This document shows, piece after piece, positions 11,491 through 24,060 of a stretch of DNA of 64,000 nucleotides (positions within the stretch are counted from its first letter, which is position 1; the number at the start of each line of letters is the position of its first letter). Below the pieces are notes generated by a model. The model made no database searches and was not told the DNA's origin. It saw only the letters and a program-made list of their open reading frames with translations. This DNA comes from Lama guanicoe (Eukaryota). The translations under genes and the position numbers were made by a program. The DNA is taken from positions 62,001-126,000 of the forward strand of contig MU053933.1 in the NCBI GenBank assembly GCA_013239625.1, written 5' to 3'.

Positions 11491-14400
11491 GGACAGCTGT
11501 TGCAGGTGGGGCAGCCACACTCTGAGAAACGCCGCACACCACTCCCTGCAGGTTTGGCCACTTCCTCCTGCGGCTCCCCCCTCCCCCCAGCAGCAGGTGC
11601 TTCGGCTGCGTCTCTCCTGATGCTGACATCCTCAGGGTCACTTCCCCGATGCCCTGAAATCCACCGCACACCTGAGTAACTGCTTCAAGAACAGGAAATG
11701 ATGATTTACCACCGGTCCTTTCCCAGAACACTTTACAAGTATCGATGTTGTGTTGCTGGAGACTTGGTGGCCTCGGGTGACAGCTGTCACCATGAAAACT
11801 GTCACCCAGTTGCAGGTCGAGGGGCCCGTGACAGTCGGCGCTGCTCAGGGACCCAGCTAATGGCGTGCTGCTGCAAGAGCTGGGTCATTAGCTTGTGTCC
11901 AAGGAGCATGGACCGCCTTGATTCCTCACTTCACAGGCTTTCAAGACTACTGGTTCCCCAGGTCCCAGCACTGGGGCAGAGCCCAGCCTGCGCTCAGACC
12001 CCTGCTCCATCCCCTCTGTTCCACTCAGCCCCACTCCTTTCTTCCTTGCTTCACCAGATTCTTCCTGGTCCAAATTCTCCCATGATGGGTGACCTTGGAC
12101 AGCCAGCATCCCACATCCTGAGCGCTTCCATCACCACAGAACGTCTCGGGTTGGCTGACTCTCTGGACCAGCAAACTCACACAGTTGGAGTTTGTCCGAA
12201 GCCGAGGTCTGTGGCCACAGCGAGATGGGGAAAGGCCCCTAGACCCCCTGTAGTAGATTGATTCTACCTGGGGCAGAACTGGTCACCTGACTCCAGGCGG
12301 TTTTCCTGAATAGAATCTGGCAGGGCTGCAAACACGACTCTTATCTAAGGGTAAGGAGTGCACAGCGCTGGCTTGCTCCCTCTGTCTCTCCCTGCCCCCC
12401 TTCCCCCCTTCCCCCCCCAACACCTCCTAGATTAGGGGCTTTCAAGGTCAACTCTGGCCAAGATCACAGTAGTTCTGAAGAAGGGACAGGATTGTGTCCC
12501 AGGACAGCCTTAGCCTCGCCCAGCGGTATCCTCATTGCCCCCCAAACCAGGCGGACAGGGAGAGCCAGGGACTAATTGAGGCCCCCACTGTGGTGGCCAG
12601 AATGAGCCTTTGTCCCCTGGGTTCCTAGGGCCCATGGCCAAGGGCACAGACCACTGAAGCCCCAGCAGGATTGACCGTCGCCTTGGGCAGGTGACTCAAC
12701 ACATGGCTCACAGCATTTTGCATTTTAACCAAAATCCAGTGTTTGCACAGTTTGTCTTACAGATAAGAAAGTAAACTTAAAAAAAAAAAAGAACCCAACA
12801 ATCAGCCCATAGGACAGAGAATTATGAACCGTTGCCCTCACTGTAGCTCCTCCCCCACCCGAAACTCCTAAAGGGCTGGGCTTGTTTATGCAACGAAACG
12901 CTGCCTTGGTGGGTCACCAACGCTGGGGCGTGGCACCTACGGCGGCAGATGCTGTCCACTCTGTCCCCTGTGGCCCTGTGTCTGCTGCGTCCACTCTGAC
13001 CTCACTATGGTCTGAATGTCTGTGTCCCCCAAATTTATATGTTAAATCCCCCAAGGCGATGGTGTTGGGGAGGCGGTTGGGGTTAGGTGGTTGGGTGGTG
13101 GTTAGGTCTCCAGAAATTTCCATCGAAGTCTAAATGGACACCTGACGGCTGGACACGGGGGCAGGGGGCTGTGAGAAGCTGTGGGCTTGGGAAGTTTGCC
13201 TGGAAGGCGGGAAAGAGATCCTGCAGGACCTGGAGGGAGCCAGGTCAGGGAAGAGCCCCAGGGGTGGCGCATCCCCAGGTGACTGCGCCTTCCCAGGGGT
13301 GGAATGAGGAAGGGGAAGGAGTAGCACCACCGAGGAGTCAGAGGCAGCGAGGAAGCTGGGAAGGGACAAGGAAAAGAGGCATCCACCTGGGGCTGAGGGG
13401 GAACGTTTTCACTTGGGAATATTTGCAACAGGTGCCTCTGCCTTCTCTCTCCCTCTCTCTCTTTCTCTCCTGAAATGAAAGATTAGGGAAAAGGCAAAAT
13501 TGCCTTTTTCTACTGTGCTTCATTGTACATACCTTCCAGAAAGAAATAGATACTAACATTCTCTTTGATTTTAGACTTGATACATATTTTCAGCTTAAGG
13601 ACCGTGCTTTCCTGGTAAGCGAGCGTTTACAAATTCACATTTAGGTGCATCCTGGATTGACTCACCGTCTCTTTTCGGAGAGAGGCCAGCCAGGAGTGTG
13701 GGGTTTGCAATCAGATCTGAACTCAGCGTGCACCCCAGGTCTGGCCTTTCCAGCGGTGACTCGGGTCCTCTTCACCTCTCCCCAGTCAGTAAATCATTGT
13801 TGCCGTGTCATAGGAAATGCCCAGAATGCACTTACCCCATCCGTGACACCTTTTTGTATTTCTCAAGTGAGTGTAGCAAAATGCGCCGTTTCCAGGGGTG
13901 ACTCATGTGACGTGTGAGTCACTGGTCCATGGAAAGCAGAGCAAAGGGCAGCTCCCCCAATGCCGGGCTGTTTCCTTGTTGCTCATCTGTTGGGTTTTCT
14001 TTTCCTCGGCTTTTTCTTCAAATGGTTTTCGACAGTTTAGTGCAGTGTGACTTCCTCGGGGTGCCCCCTCTCCTTCTCCAAGCCTTCTTCCTTTTGCATG
14101 ACTTATCATCCCCAGTGGCTCCAAGATAACCACCCCTATTTCCTGCTGCTGAAAAACTGCCCTTAACACGCAGCACATTTCCTTTCTCCCCGTCACTCCT
14201 CTCCTTTCCCCAAAATTCTGCTGTGAAGTACATCCCCCAGATAACACAGTTCGTCTGGTGGTATTGTGAGCTGGAGGGTCCCCGTCTGGGAAACATAGGC
14301 AGGTTGCTGTGGGGTGATGTCTCTCGTGGTCTTTCAAACAATTGTCAGCGGGCCTTTCAAATTCCTCCTCCCAAAGGCTGTGTCCAAACCGGGCTGGGTT

Positions 14401-14544
14401 TGGGGATCCCTCTCCAACGACCCAAAGCTCGGTGTGGGGCCCGCTCACTCTAATTCAGTTTTAGATATGACGTTATTTATTAATTTCTTGGTGTAATAAA
14501 AGTGACCACTGTACTCCAATGTAGAAGAATGGAGAAAACACCAA

Positions 14545-15310
14545 TTTTATTTTCTTTCTTTTATCAAAGTGTAGTTGATTTACAATATTGTGTTAGTCTC
14601 TAGTGTACAGCAAAGTGATTCAGTTATACATGTATACATACTCTTTTTCATTATGGTTTATTATAGGATGTGGAGTACATTTCCCTGTGCTGTACAGTGG
14701 GACTTTGTTGTTTGTCAATTTTATATGGAGTGGTTTGTATCTGCTGATCCCAAATTCCAACATATCCCTCCGCGGTTCCCTTTCCCCTTTGGTAACCGTA
14801 AGTTTTTTTCTATGTCTGTGACTCTCTGTTTCATAAGTAAGTTTATTTGTGTCCTATTTTAGATTCCACATATAAGTGATATCACATGATATTTGTCTTT
14901 CTCTGTCTGACTTATTTCACTTAGTATGATAATTTCTAGGTCCATCCATGTTGCTGCAAGTGGCATTATTTCATTCTTTTTAATGGCTGAGTAGTATTCC
15001 ACTGTATATACACCATATCTTTATTCATGCATCTGTTGATGGGCATTTAGGTTGTTTCCACATCTTGGCTATTGTAAATAGTGCTGCTGTAAACATTGGG
15101 TTGCATGTATCTTTTTGAATTAGAGTTTTCATCTTTTCTGGATGTAAGTCCAGGAGTGGGATTGCTGGATAGTAGGATAAGTCTATTTTTAGTTTTTTAA
15201 GGAACCTCCATACTGTTTTCCATAATGGCTGCACCAAACTGCATTCCCACCAGCAGTGTAGGAGGGCTCCCCTTTCCTCCACACCCTCTCCATCATTTGT
15301 TATTTGTAGA
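14545..15310 (-). mobile_element. L1 3' end fragment
   Basis: Antisense L1 3'UTR/ORF2 end. ORF 15025-15282 gives [24 protein letters not shown], the L1 ORF2 C-terminus. Confidence 0.92.
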
Positions 15311-17559
15311 CTGAGAAAATATCGATTTTAGGGTGACATTTAGATTTAATGCAGGCAGTCATATGGGGAAAGAGGAGAAAATGAAGAGACTCTGACGTCT
15401 GAGCATGTCCCCTTCCTGATAAAACCAGTAGTTTAGAACAAGGACAAACCCCCGAAGGAAGCTGCTCCACCCCCCAGCACACGCGCCCTCTCCCTGCTCC
15501 TCCCCTCCCCTCACGCTCACTGCACGCTCCCTCTGGCCTCAGGAGTCCCACACATGCTGTTCCTTCTACCTGGACACTCTTCCCGCTGCTTCACCTCATT
15601 GACACGGCTGAATCAACCTGAGCTCTGGCCTCAAAGCCCTTGTCCCTTGGGGAAACTTTCCCTGACCTCCAGAGGGGCTCACATCTCCAGGGTTAATGCT
15701 TTCACAGCACGCACATCCTTTGTGGGTGGTCCGTGGGGCCAGATGACATCCGTCTGCAGCGTTCTCTCTACACCTGTCCCTGCCCAGGTGAGCAGCATGG
15801 CCACGCAGAGGCCAGACAAAGGACGCACCGTCCCAAGTGCTTGATACGTTTACCACAGTGAGTGTCCACAGCAAACCTTAGGGGCCGCCACCAGCACATT
15901 TTATGAATAAGGAAGCTGAGGCTTAGGGGAAGTAAACACGTTGCCCAAAGGCCAGTGGCTGGTGCGTGGGGGAGCCCGAATTCCAGGAGCTCTTCACCAC
16001 TGAGCTAAAGATCCCCCAGCTTTTCCTTAAATTAGATCTGGCTGTGGCTGAGTTATTCCGATAGCTGCCCTACCGTTGGCTTCCCTCCGAACTCCCTGAA
16101 TCCTGATTTGTAACCTGAACCGCAAAGGGGCAAGGGAGCCCTTCTGGCCTTTTCCTGGGAGGAAAGGACAGCCCTCTAGCTGTCCTCTGTTTTCTACTCA
16201 GTTATCTAAGTGGGGCTCTCTCAGAGCTAGCAGGACCTCAGCCTTGGGAACCCTTGTGGGGGCAGGGGCCCACACAGAGGTAAAGCACGTCCTGGGTCCT
16301 GCCACATAGGGGAGGGGATTTCATCTGCTTCTCCAGTGAAATTAAATGAATGACCGTGGAGGAATGAGTGAGGGCCAATAATAGCCTGGGGCCACTTTTA
16401 GAGATGAGTTTCTCTGTTAAAGGGGATTCTCTTATGACAATCCTTATCAGTCCTTTACACTTGAGTGAGAATTAGTAATAGCTTGCCCTCCTCCTACCCC
16501 ACTGGCTGTATAGAAAAAAGAAGGGTTGGGGGAGAACCTGGGTTCCAAAGGCTGAGGGATTTAAAGTGCCAGGAGGGAATGGAAGGGTCCTGAAGACAAT
16601 CTGTGTTCAATTTGCCATCTTTGCTGGATTGGCCTTGCCTCCCTTGTAAGCCCCAGAGAAGAAATCTGGTACCTAAGAGCCACAGAAACACCTAATTTGG
16701 CTTTAGGATCGACTCTCACCTGCCCAATCCCTCCTCTGGGACGGATGACAGTGAGCTGCTGGCCCATGGGCCACGGTGTGTGTGCAGCAGTCCCTCTGGG
16801 GACCCCAAGAAGCTCCACTTGTGCCCGAGATCGGCCCTCTCTGAGGGCCTCCCCCTGGAGGGAGAAGAGCACACCTGCGGCCAGGGCCCCTCTGGTTCCT
16901 GTGGCCTTGGCCCTGGGTTCCATCTCCTTGGGCCGAGCGGCCAAGGGATCTCAGCAGTTGCTGTTTGGGACCAGGATGTCGCAGTGAACCAAGAAAGTGA
17001 CCTGCCCTGCGGGCTTCTGGGGGCTTGAGCCCCCTCCAGGGAGTGTGTGTTCATTTCAGGATCAGCACAGTGTTGTGCAGAGACCACGCACTGGCGTTTC
17101 CTGGCCCTGCAGGGACCGCCTGTGCGGCCACTGGGGATGGACCTCCACTTCTCTGTGGGGGCTCCCGTGGGGGAGTCTAGTCCCCCAGACTGAGGCCTCC
17201 CTCCTGGGGCCAGCCCAGCCCCAGGTTCTGCCTCCCAGACCTGTCATAGACCCTGCTGCCCACCCACATCCTCCTAAGTTCACTGTCAATTGCCTTGAAC
17301 TCAGCTTCGAGAGCAAACACTACGTGGACATGTTGACCCCATCTTTCTACAGCAGCAGGTCCAGATTTAGGGTACAAACTGTGGTTCTGAACACTCCGGA
17401 GCCATGGGCCCCATAAGTTGTAAATGCTGATGAGACCAGAAAAGCCTGGACGACAGGACAGGACCAGAGGAGACAGAGACTGGTGGGTGGCCTTCTAGGA
17501 GGAGGACAGAACCAGGGCAGGTGGACGGGTGGCCTTCCTCCAGGCAGGTGGGGGGAGGG

Positions 17560-17643
17560 NNNNNNNNNNNNNNNNNNNNNNNNNNNNNNNNNNNNNNNNN
17601 NNNNNNNNNNNNNNNNNNNNNNNNNNNNNNNNNNNNNNNNNNN
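17560..17643. other. Assembly gap (84 N)
   Basis: Run of N flanked by G-rich sequence. Confidence 0.99.
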
Positions 17644-20600
17644 NGAGGGATGGGGGGGCCCTCTGGCCTCAGCCCTCTCTGGGTGGATCCAGCTGACGTT
17701 ACTCTGAACGGCATTTTAATTGTAGTCGGGCTCCAGCATATTTTACAGCGCTTTAAAATGCTGGATTCATTTCACACCGTTCTCGTAAAGTAGATGGGAG
17801 CGCTATTTTCATTTTATGGAATGAACTGAGCAAACACCTCTGGACCTTAACGTCACGGAGCCAGTCAGCACCTGAGCGGAGAGGTTAATTCCAGAGTTGC
17901 TGGTTCCCAGGGTGCAGGCGAAACCCAGGGGACAAGTTCCTCTAGGCGGGCCCTGGGCTGCTCCCTTTCCCCTCCCAGGTGCAGACCCCACCCCTGGGCC
18001 CCACCTGTGATGAGCGAGACTGAACAGAGGGGCCCCAGAAGTGGCGAGAGGAGAGACGCAGGTGGAAAGGGGCCGGGGAGCTGGTGGGGCAGCTGGAGAA
18101 GCGCTCGCTCACAGCTGCGCCCAGGAGGCTCCCGGAGGCGCTGACTGCAGGGAGAACCCCCCTCAGCTCCTCCTTGGTCGTCCTCCTCCTGAGGTCGCCG
18201 CTCGGAGCACAGGTGGGTTACCTGAACACTCTACTCATCACCTCCTCCCAGAGCACCCGGGCGTCATCCCCTCCCCTCTCCTAAATTAAGCCAAATGTTC
18301 ACCGGGACAACAGAGGGGCAGCCAGGTCATTCTGGCCCTGGAGCACATTAATCATAGACACATACCCTGGGGCATCCAAGCCCAGTGGGAGATGGTGTCT
18401 CTCCTGCAGCCCGGGGGACTGTCCTTCCCGGTGGGGATGGGAACTCTCTGTGTTTATGAGCAGGTGGAGCAACGCGGAGCCGGAAGGCAGGAGAGAGAGT
18501 GGCGAGTCCTCCAAGGGGGGAGGCTGTGGGAGGCCTGAGCAGAAGGCTGCTGTCTGGAAAGGCTGTGCCCTCGGGCGCACGAGCAATCCACCCACCGTGG
18601 GAAGGGGACGGCCGGCAAAGTCCCCTGCTGTGGGCTGGTTCTGGGTAGAGGGAAAAATGTCTTTCATGTGAATTCATAACCACTAGGCCATTCTTCATGT
18701 GGACTTTAGGTCGAAGCCCAGCCTCATGTCTCGCTGTAAGAGGAGGTACCTGGGCCTTCTGACATGCCGGGGAGGGAGCGTTCCCCACGCCTGCGCGGCT
18801 GTGCCCCCTGGGAATCCCTGGGAGTCAGGGAGCACGCAGATGTCTGTCCCCTGGCAGCTGGAATCGCACTTCTGAACCCATCAAGGAGCAGCGCCCTGCG
18901 TCTGCGGCAGGCGCTGGGCAGCACGCACAGGAAGGAGGCCGCAAAGCACCTGGTCCACAGGAGGAAGAATACGCTCCCTCTCCTTTCTTTCTGTCTGTGT
19001 GTCTCTCCCCGTCTCTCTGTGTCTATCTCTGTCTGTCTGTCTGTCTGTCCCTTTGCATTTATGATGGTGACCAGAGATGCTGTGTTGGAGAACAAGCCAA
19101 GTAGCTAAGTCACCCAAACACAGAGCCCACAGAAGTGGATGGGAGCAGGACCACACCCCAGGAGATGCGGACCACAGCCCCGCGCAAGTCCTGTCTGGGA
19201 GAACGTGTGTGGGTGCAAACTGGGGACTCGGGGGGCTGCCAAGATCAGTGAGAGCCTCAGTTTCCTCCGGGCTGCAGGCAAGTTGCCCAGTGCAGTGCTG
19301 CGTGTCACCAGGGCTGTGTCAGCATCTGCCAAATTTCACTGTAAGTTTTTAACAACCTGGGATTCAGGTTTCCTCTTCAGGGATAGAATTGGGTCAGGGA
19401 AGTTGGATCCAGGATGTCGTCACTGTGAGGGGCGTGGTTTTCCCACTGACTGTGGTTAAAGCCACAGGGCCTGGTCTGAAATCAGGGTTAACCAGGGTTA
19501 AGCAGGGTGGGACCTGGGCATGTGGGGCAGGGGACCCTGGGGGGCCCTGGGACCCTCTTCCCCATCAAGGGGAACTCACATGCTAAAGAAGCCCCATCTC
19601 TTCCTTTTGCCTTGTAGAGCCTCACGCCCTCCTGTGTCTTCTGTTCCCAGCACCTGGAATTCTCCAGCTGGGCTGGACAGAACCTAATTTTGCCAAAAGA
19701 CACCAGTGTCTGACATTCTCAGTTCTTTAAAGCAAAAGTTCTCTTAACAGTCCCTGAAGAGTGGGAGAGTTTAGCAATTAAGACTATAATTTTTGCAAGA
19801 CACAGAGAAAACAGGGCCGGATGGTACGTGCCAGTCCCGCCCCACAAGGAACTGACAGCTTCTTAAAGCGCACACCTCACCGCCGGGCAGGGATCCTGGT
19901 GTCCTCACTGACCCACAGGGGCAGGCACCATTAGTCGCCAACCCAGTATCCATTTCCCCGCATCCTAACAGGACTCCAATTATGTCTAGGCAGGTAACAC
20001 GTGCCGCAAAAGTACTCACCTTTTCAGACTCACACGAAGCTAAGGGTGGCCACCTGACTCTTCTGGCAAACAAGACATAAACAGAAATCTGCTGGGACTT
20101 CTGAGAAAGTTTTTACTTCCCGGCAACAGGCACCACTCTTCCTTCTCCCATTCTTTCTTCCTCCATGAACTGCAGAAGCAATGCCCGGAGCTGTAGCAGC
20201 CACCATACAATCATGAAGCAATATGCTGGGGGATGAAAGCCAACCTGAAGGAGGGTGGAGCAGAGACGTGGAAAAGGCAAGGGTCCATGATGGCATCACT
20301 GGGTCACTGCCCAAATGGAGGGCCTCCCACGTGACTTCTTAAAACAGGAGACAAAGACATTATGAAACCTGGGTTGGTCAGGGAGCATGTGATTTGCAGG
20401 GGAACGCTCCTAGGATGCACCTGAGTTTACACGGAGGCTTTGTCATCTGATCAGAAGAGACCTGGGCTGAAGGCCCTGCTGTAAAGACACAGGGGGTGAC
20501 CGCTGACCGGCTTCCTGGGCCAGCTTCCCCTGATGAGGCTGAGTGTCTGGGTCGTGTTAGGCGACATAGAGGCAGAAGCTTGGCTTCTCTGGACCCCAGT

Positions 20601-23199
20601 TTTTGTTTGTTTGATTGATTCCCTTTTGTTTTTACTCTAAATTAGGCCTCCCTCCTGATCTATCCTACTCTTTGCCCGGCTGAGGGCGGCAAGATTGCCA
20701 GTACATGGAGGTGGAAAGGGCAGGAAGATTTCACTGGAAAACTTTTCTGACTCTGATGAGATAATCATCTGTTGTTGGAGGTGGGAGCGGGTGTCCTCAC
20801 GTGAAACAGAGCTGGGTTTCACCCGAGAAGTGTTTTGGTTTTCTTCCTGTTTTACAAGAACGCACACCAAGTATCACTGATGTTGGTATGAACTCAGCAC
20901 CCTGAGCACAAATATTTACATTCCAGGTGAGTTAGCCTCGCTCCCAGGTCTGCTGGGTCAGCTCAGGGACCAGCATGTACCCGGGAAAGAACGCCCTGCC
21001 CGGGTCCCCGGAGGCTCCGGACTCCTGAGGGTGGACACGTGAAGCCTTTGACCCGATTTGCTGGGTGAGACTCCTGAGAAGTGAGAACGGTTCCCTCCTC
21101 GTGGCCCTTGCTCTGCAAATCCTCAGCCTGGGGCAGACCCACCCGGCTGCATTCCACCCACTGACCCCGCAGCCGGACACACGACACAGGCCATGCGGGA
21201 CCCTCCCGCCGCCTCCTTCAGGAAGAGCTGCTCCAGAGGGCGGGCCGCCCAGAGAAATCCGAGCCCCACTGGTTGTGTAAGGCTGGGCTCCGGGGGTTTG
21301 GGGGTGGGGGGCCCAACAGAAACCTTTGACTCCCCGCTCTGTCCTCCCCGCCCTGCTCCCCACCCTGGCACCGCAAATCCGGCAGTGAGGAGCCGGCTCG
21401 TCTGCCCCCATAATTGTCAACAATAGAATTCCTGTTGCTACTACCCCTGTAGACAGCGCCGACTGCTCACGCACGTCGCCGGGCTGGGAGATGGAGCCCA
21501 GAGGCCGGGGCTCGCGCCTCTCCAGCGCGGGCTCCTCTGTCCTGACCCGGGCCAGCCCTCCGGCTGCGCGCTCCGGAGGGCTCAGGGCCAGGCTGTTGGT
21601 TGTGTACTCTGTCGCGAGACGTGGTGCTTGTCTATAGTTAGTGCCCAGTGCTTCCTCCTCTGGGATATCCCTTTCCTATTTGACTTCAGGACATGCATTT
21701 GGCTTTGAAGGGCTCGCGCTTGCTTTTGAAACTCAAAAAGTGATCTGATGAGGCTACAGTCGCTTAGGAACCTTCTTTTGCCTGAGGCTTTCAGATAATT
21801 CGCATCACAGGGTGTTTAATGCTCAGGCTGGACCCATTTGGGGCAAAGTACTAAGGAACACGCACACACGTGTGCACACACACAGCCTGGACAGGCCATG
21901 TTTCCTCAAGACTAAAGATCTCACGCACAGTTAGATGCTCTATCATTTTATGAACATCTAAGCAAAAGCAGTGGCTGCCACCTGAACTACGCTACGCCGT
22001 CATCTAGAAAATGCCTCCCCATTTCAGAGATGTTGAAATGTGGCTGTGAGTCCGGGAGGTACAGCAGTTAAGCATCTTGACAGGATGTGTGCTGTCATGT
22101 TAGACAGACCAGATTTCTATACCTGAAATAGATTAAAGACCAAGATAGTCTGTACTTAAGAAGTACACAGTTCGGCCCAGGGGAGACGCTTCATGGGAAT
22201 TCAGAGGAGAGAAACACCAGCTGGGCGGAGGCAGATTGAGGAAGGATTTGAAAGGAAGGTGAAGTTATTTGAGCCTCGAAGAGTGAGGCTCTGAATGCAA
22301 GGAGGGGCCGGGAAGTGGCATCATGGAAAGTCCTCGGAGCTCAGGCGTGGGCAGGGAGGCGAGGGGGGCACGGGCCCGGGCAGGGGCAGCAGTGCCGGGC
22401 AGCCGTCACACTGACTGCAGCTCGGGTGTGGTGGTAGGGGTGCCCGGTCACCTGTACACAGAGCTCTTCGCACACTGTCACGTCGCCATCCTCACGGCCC
22501 GGAGGTGGGCAGGTTCCCCAGGAGCACAAGTCGTGCACTTAGTAAGTGCTTCCAGGAGAGCCTGGTAAGGGACCGGGATGAACAACCAGCTCAGGAACCA
22601 GAAGAAGGCCAAGTCCCAGCCTGATTCCGGGGGGGCACCGAGTGTGTGGACGTCACGTCTCAGAGAACGGAAGCTGGGGTGCACCTGTCAGCCTGGGCTG
22701 GTGGAAGTGGGGCCCGGGAGGATGGAAATCCCCACGCACTGCAGACTTGCTAAGATGTGTGGCAAAGTGACTCCTCCAGGTGGTCCTCCAAGGAGACCTG
22801 CAGGTGAGGGTTGTCCCAGGCAAACCCACATAGAAGCCAGGAGGCGCACGGGTGTGGGGATGGGGTCTGAGAGCATCTGGGCACAGCCCCACGGTGTTGG
22901 CCCAACAGGCATCATTACCCCCTTGTACAGGTGAAGGCAATTGAGATCTCTAAGGTGACACTTGTGGGAACTAGAAACAGGCTCTCCAACTGGAATAAAG
23001 CATTTCATGCTTTTTTCCATTCAGTGAGCATTTATTTTTTCTCTACAGACAACTGCCGAGAACCAGATTTGATTGCACAGTAAAGAAACTTGAATTAAAA
23101 TAGGAGCGACAGAACCATCAGTGAGCTGTGGAATTTCTCAACTATCTTTTGTTCCCTTTGCTCTACATTAAAATAGAAAGATGGTAAGTGATAGATAGA

Positions 23200-24060
23200 T
23201 AGATAGAAAGAATAATGCCATAAGGAAAGTATAAGACAAAAAACAAGTTAGGAAAAGATGTTTACAACTTGTACCACAGAAAATGTGTTTTGTCACTAAT
23301 ATTTAAGAGCTGCCAGAAGTCAGGGAAGGGAAAGACCAGCACATCAAGACTTTAAATGGGCGGGAGACACGAACAGCAATTCACAGAAAAAGACACGCAC
23401 GTGGGCTTGAACATACAAGAAGATGCTCAAACTCATGTTAAGGGGAAGGTAAATATTTTAAAAGCTACAAAAGATACTGTTTCCCAGCTGCCAGAATGAC
23501 AAAAAGTCAAAATCTTGATGACATGTGCAATTGGAAAAACTGGACAAAAAAAAATTGGCCTTCTCACACCCTACAGGAGTGCAAAATGGAGCAACCCAGG
23601 ACACGGGGGAGTTTGACAGGATCAGGGAAAACTACTTCTTGGTCCAGAGATAAACAATAAATAATAAAGCAAATTGTAGAAATTCATCGCAAAGATACAC
23701 CAGCAAAGACAGTAAACGACGTCTGCTCGTAGCTGAGTTATTCAGAACAGCGAAGTACCGGAGGAAAATCAGCTTTCCATCAATAAACCTGTGTTACGTT
23801 CACATACGGAGAGCCACACAGCCTTAAAAAGCAGTGAGGGGGTCTCCGTATACCGCTGCGGAGTGGTCCCCGGGGTACATGGGGAAGGAGAAAGGCAAGG
23901 TGCCGACCAGTGTGTCTAATACGCTGCCTTTTGTGTGAAAAGGGGGAGTAAACACACACAGATTTTTGGTTGCATTAAAGAAGCAAGGGAAGGATAAACC
24001 AAAACAATGAAACTATTACTCATGGAGGAAATTTTTAAAAATTAGGTAGAGGGAACTGCG
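23200..24060 (+). mobile_element. Ancient L1 (L1ME-like) 3' fragment
   Basis: Degenerate ORF2-end motifs (gacacgaacagcaattcacagaaaaagac, gatgctcaaactc, atacggagagccacacagcc). Confidence 0.6.

Larger units (their letters stand above)
3834..14520 (-). pseudogene. Candidate decayed multi-exon protein-coding gene (unitary or duplicated pseudogene), possibly with an RGS-like domain
   Basis: Candidate exons read by eye: ~14520/14150-13836, 13611-13533, 13469-~13390, 12775-12712, 10875-10598, 7321-~7148, 6941-~6500, 6293-~5600, 5469-5325, 5184-5023, 4658-4592, 3899-3834. Most have pyrimidine tract+AG acceptors and GT donors. Five junctions are phase-compatible, and the frames carry isolated stops. 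Confidence 0.55.

Noticed and set aside
13575..13614. Plus-strand micro-exon (ttttag|...|gtaagc)
   Set aside because: No partner exons on +. The overlapping minus-strand exon fits a phase-compatible chain better.
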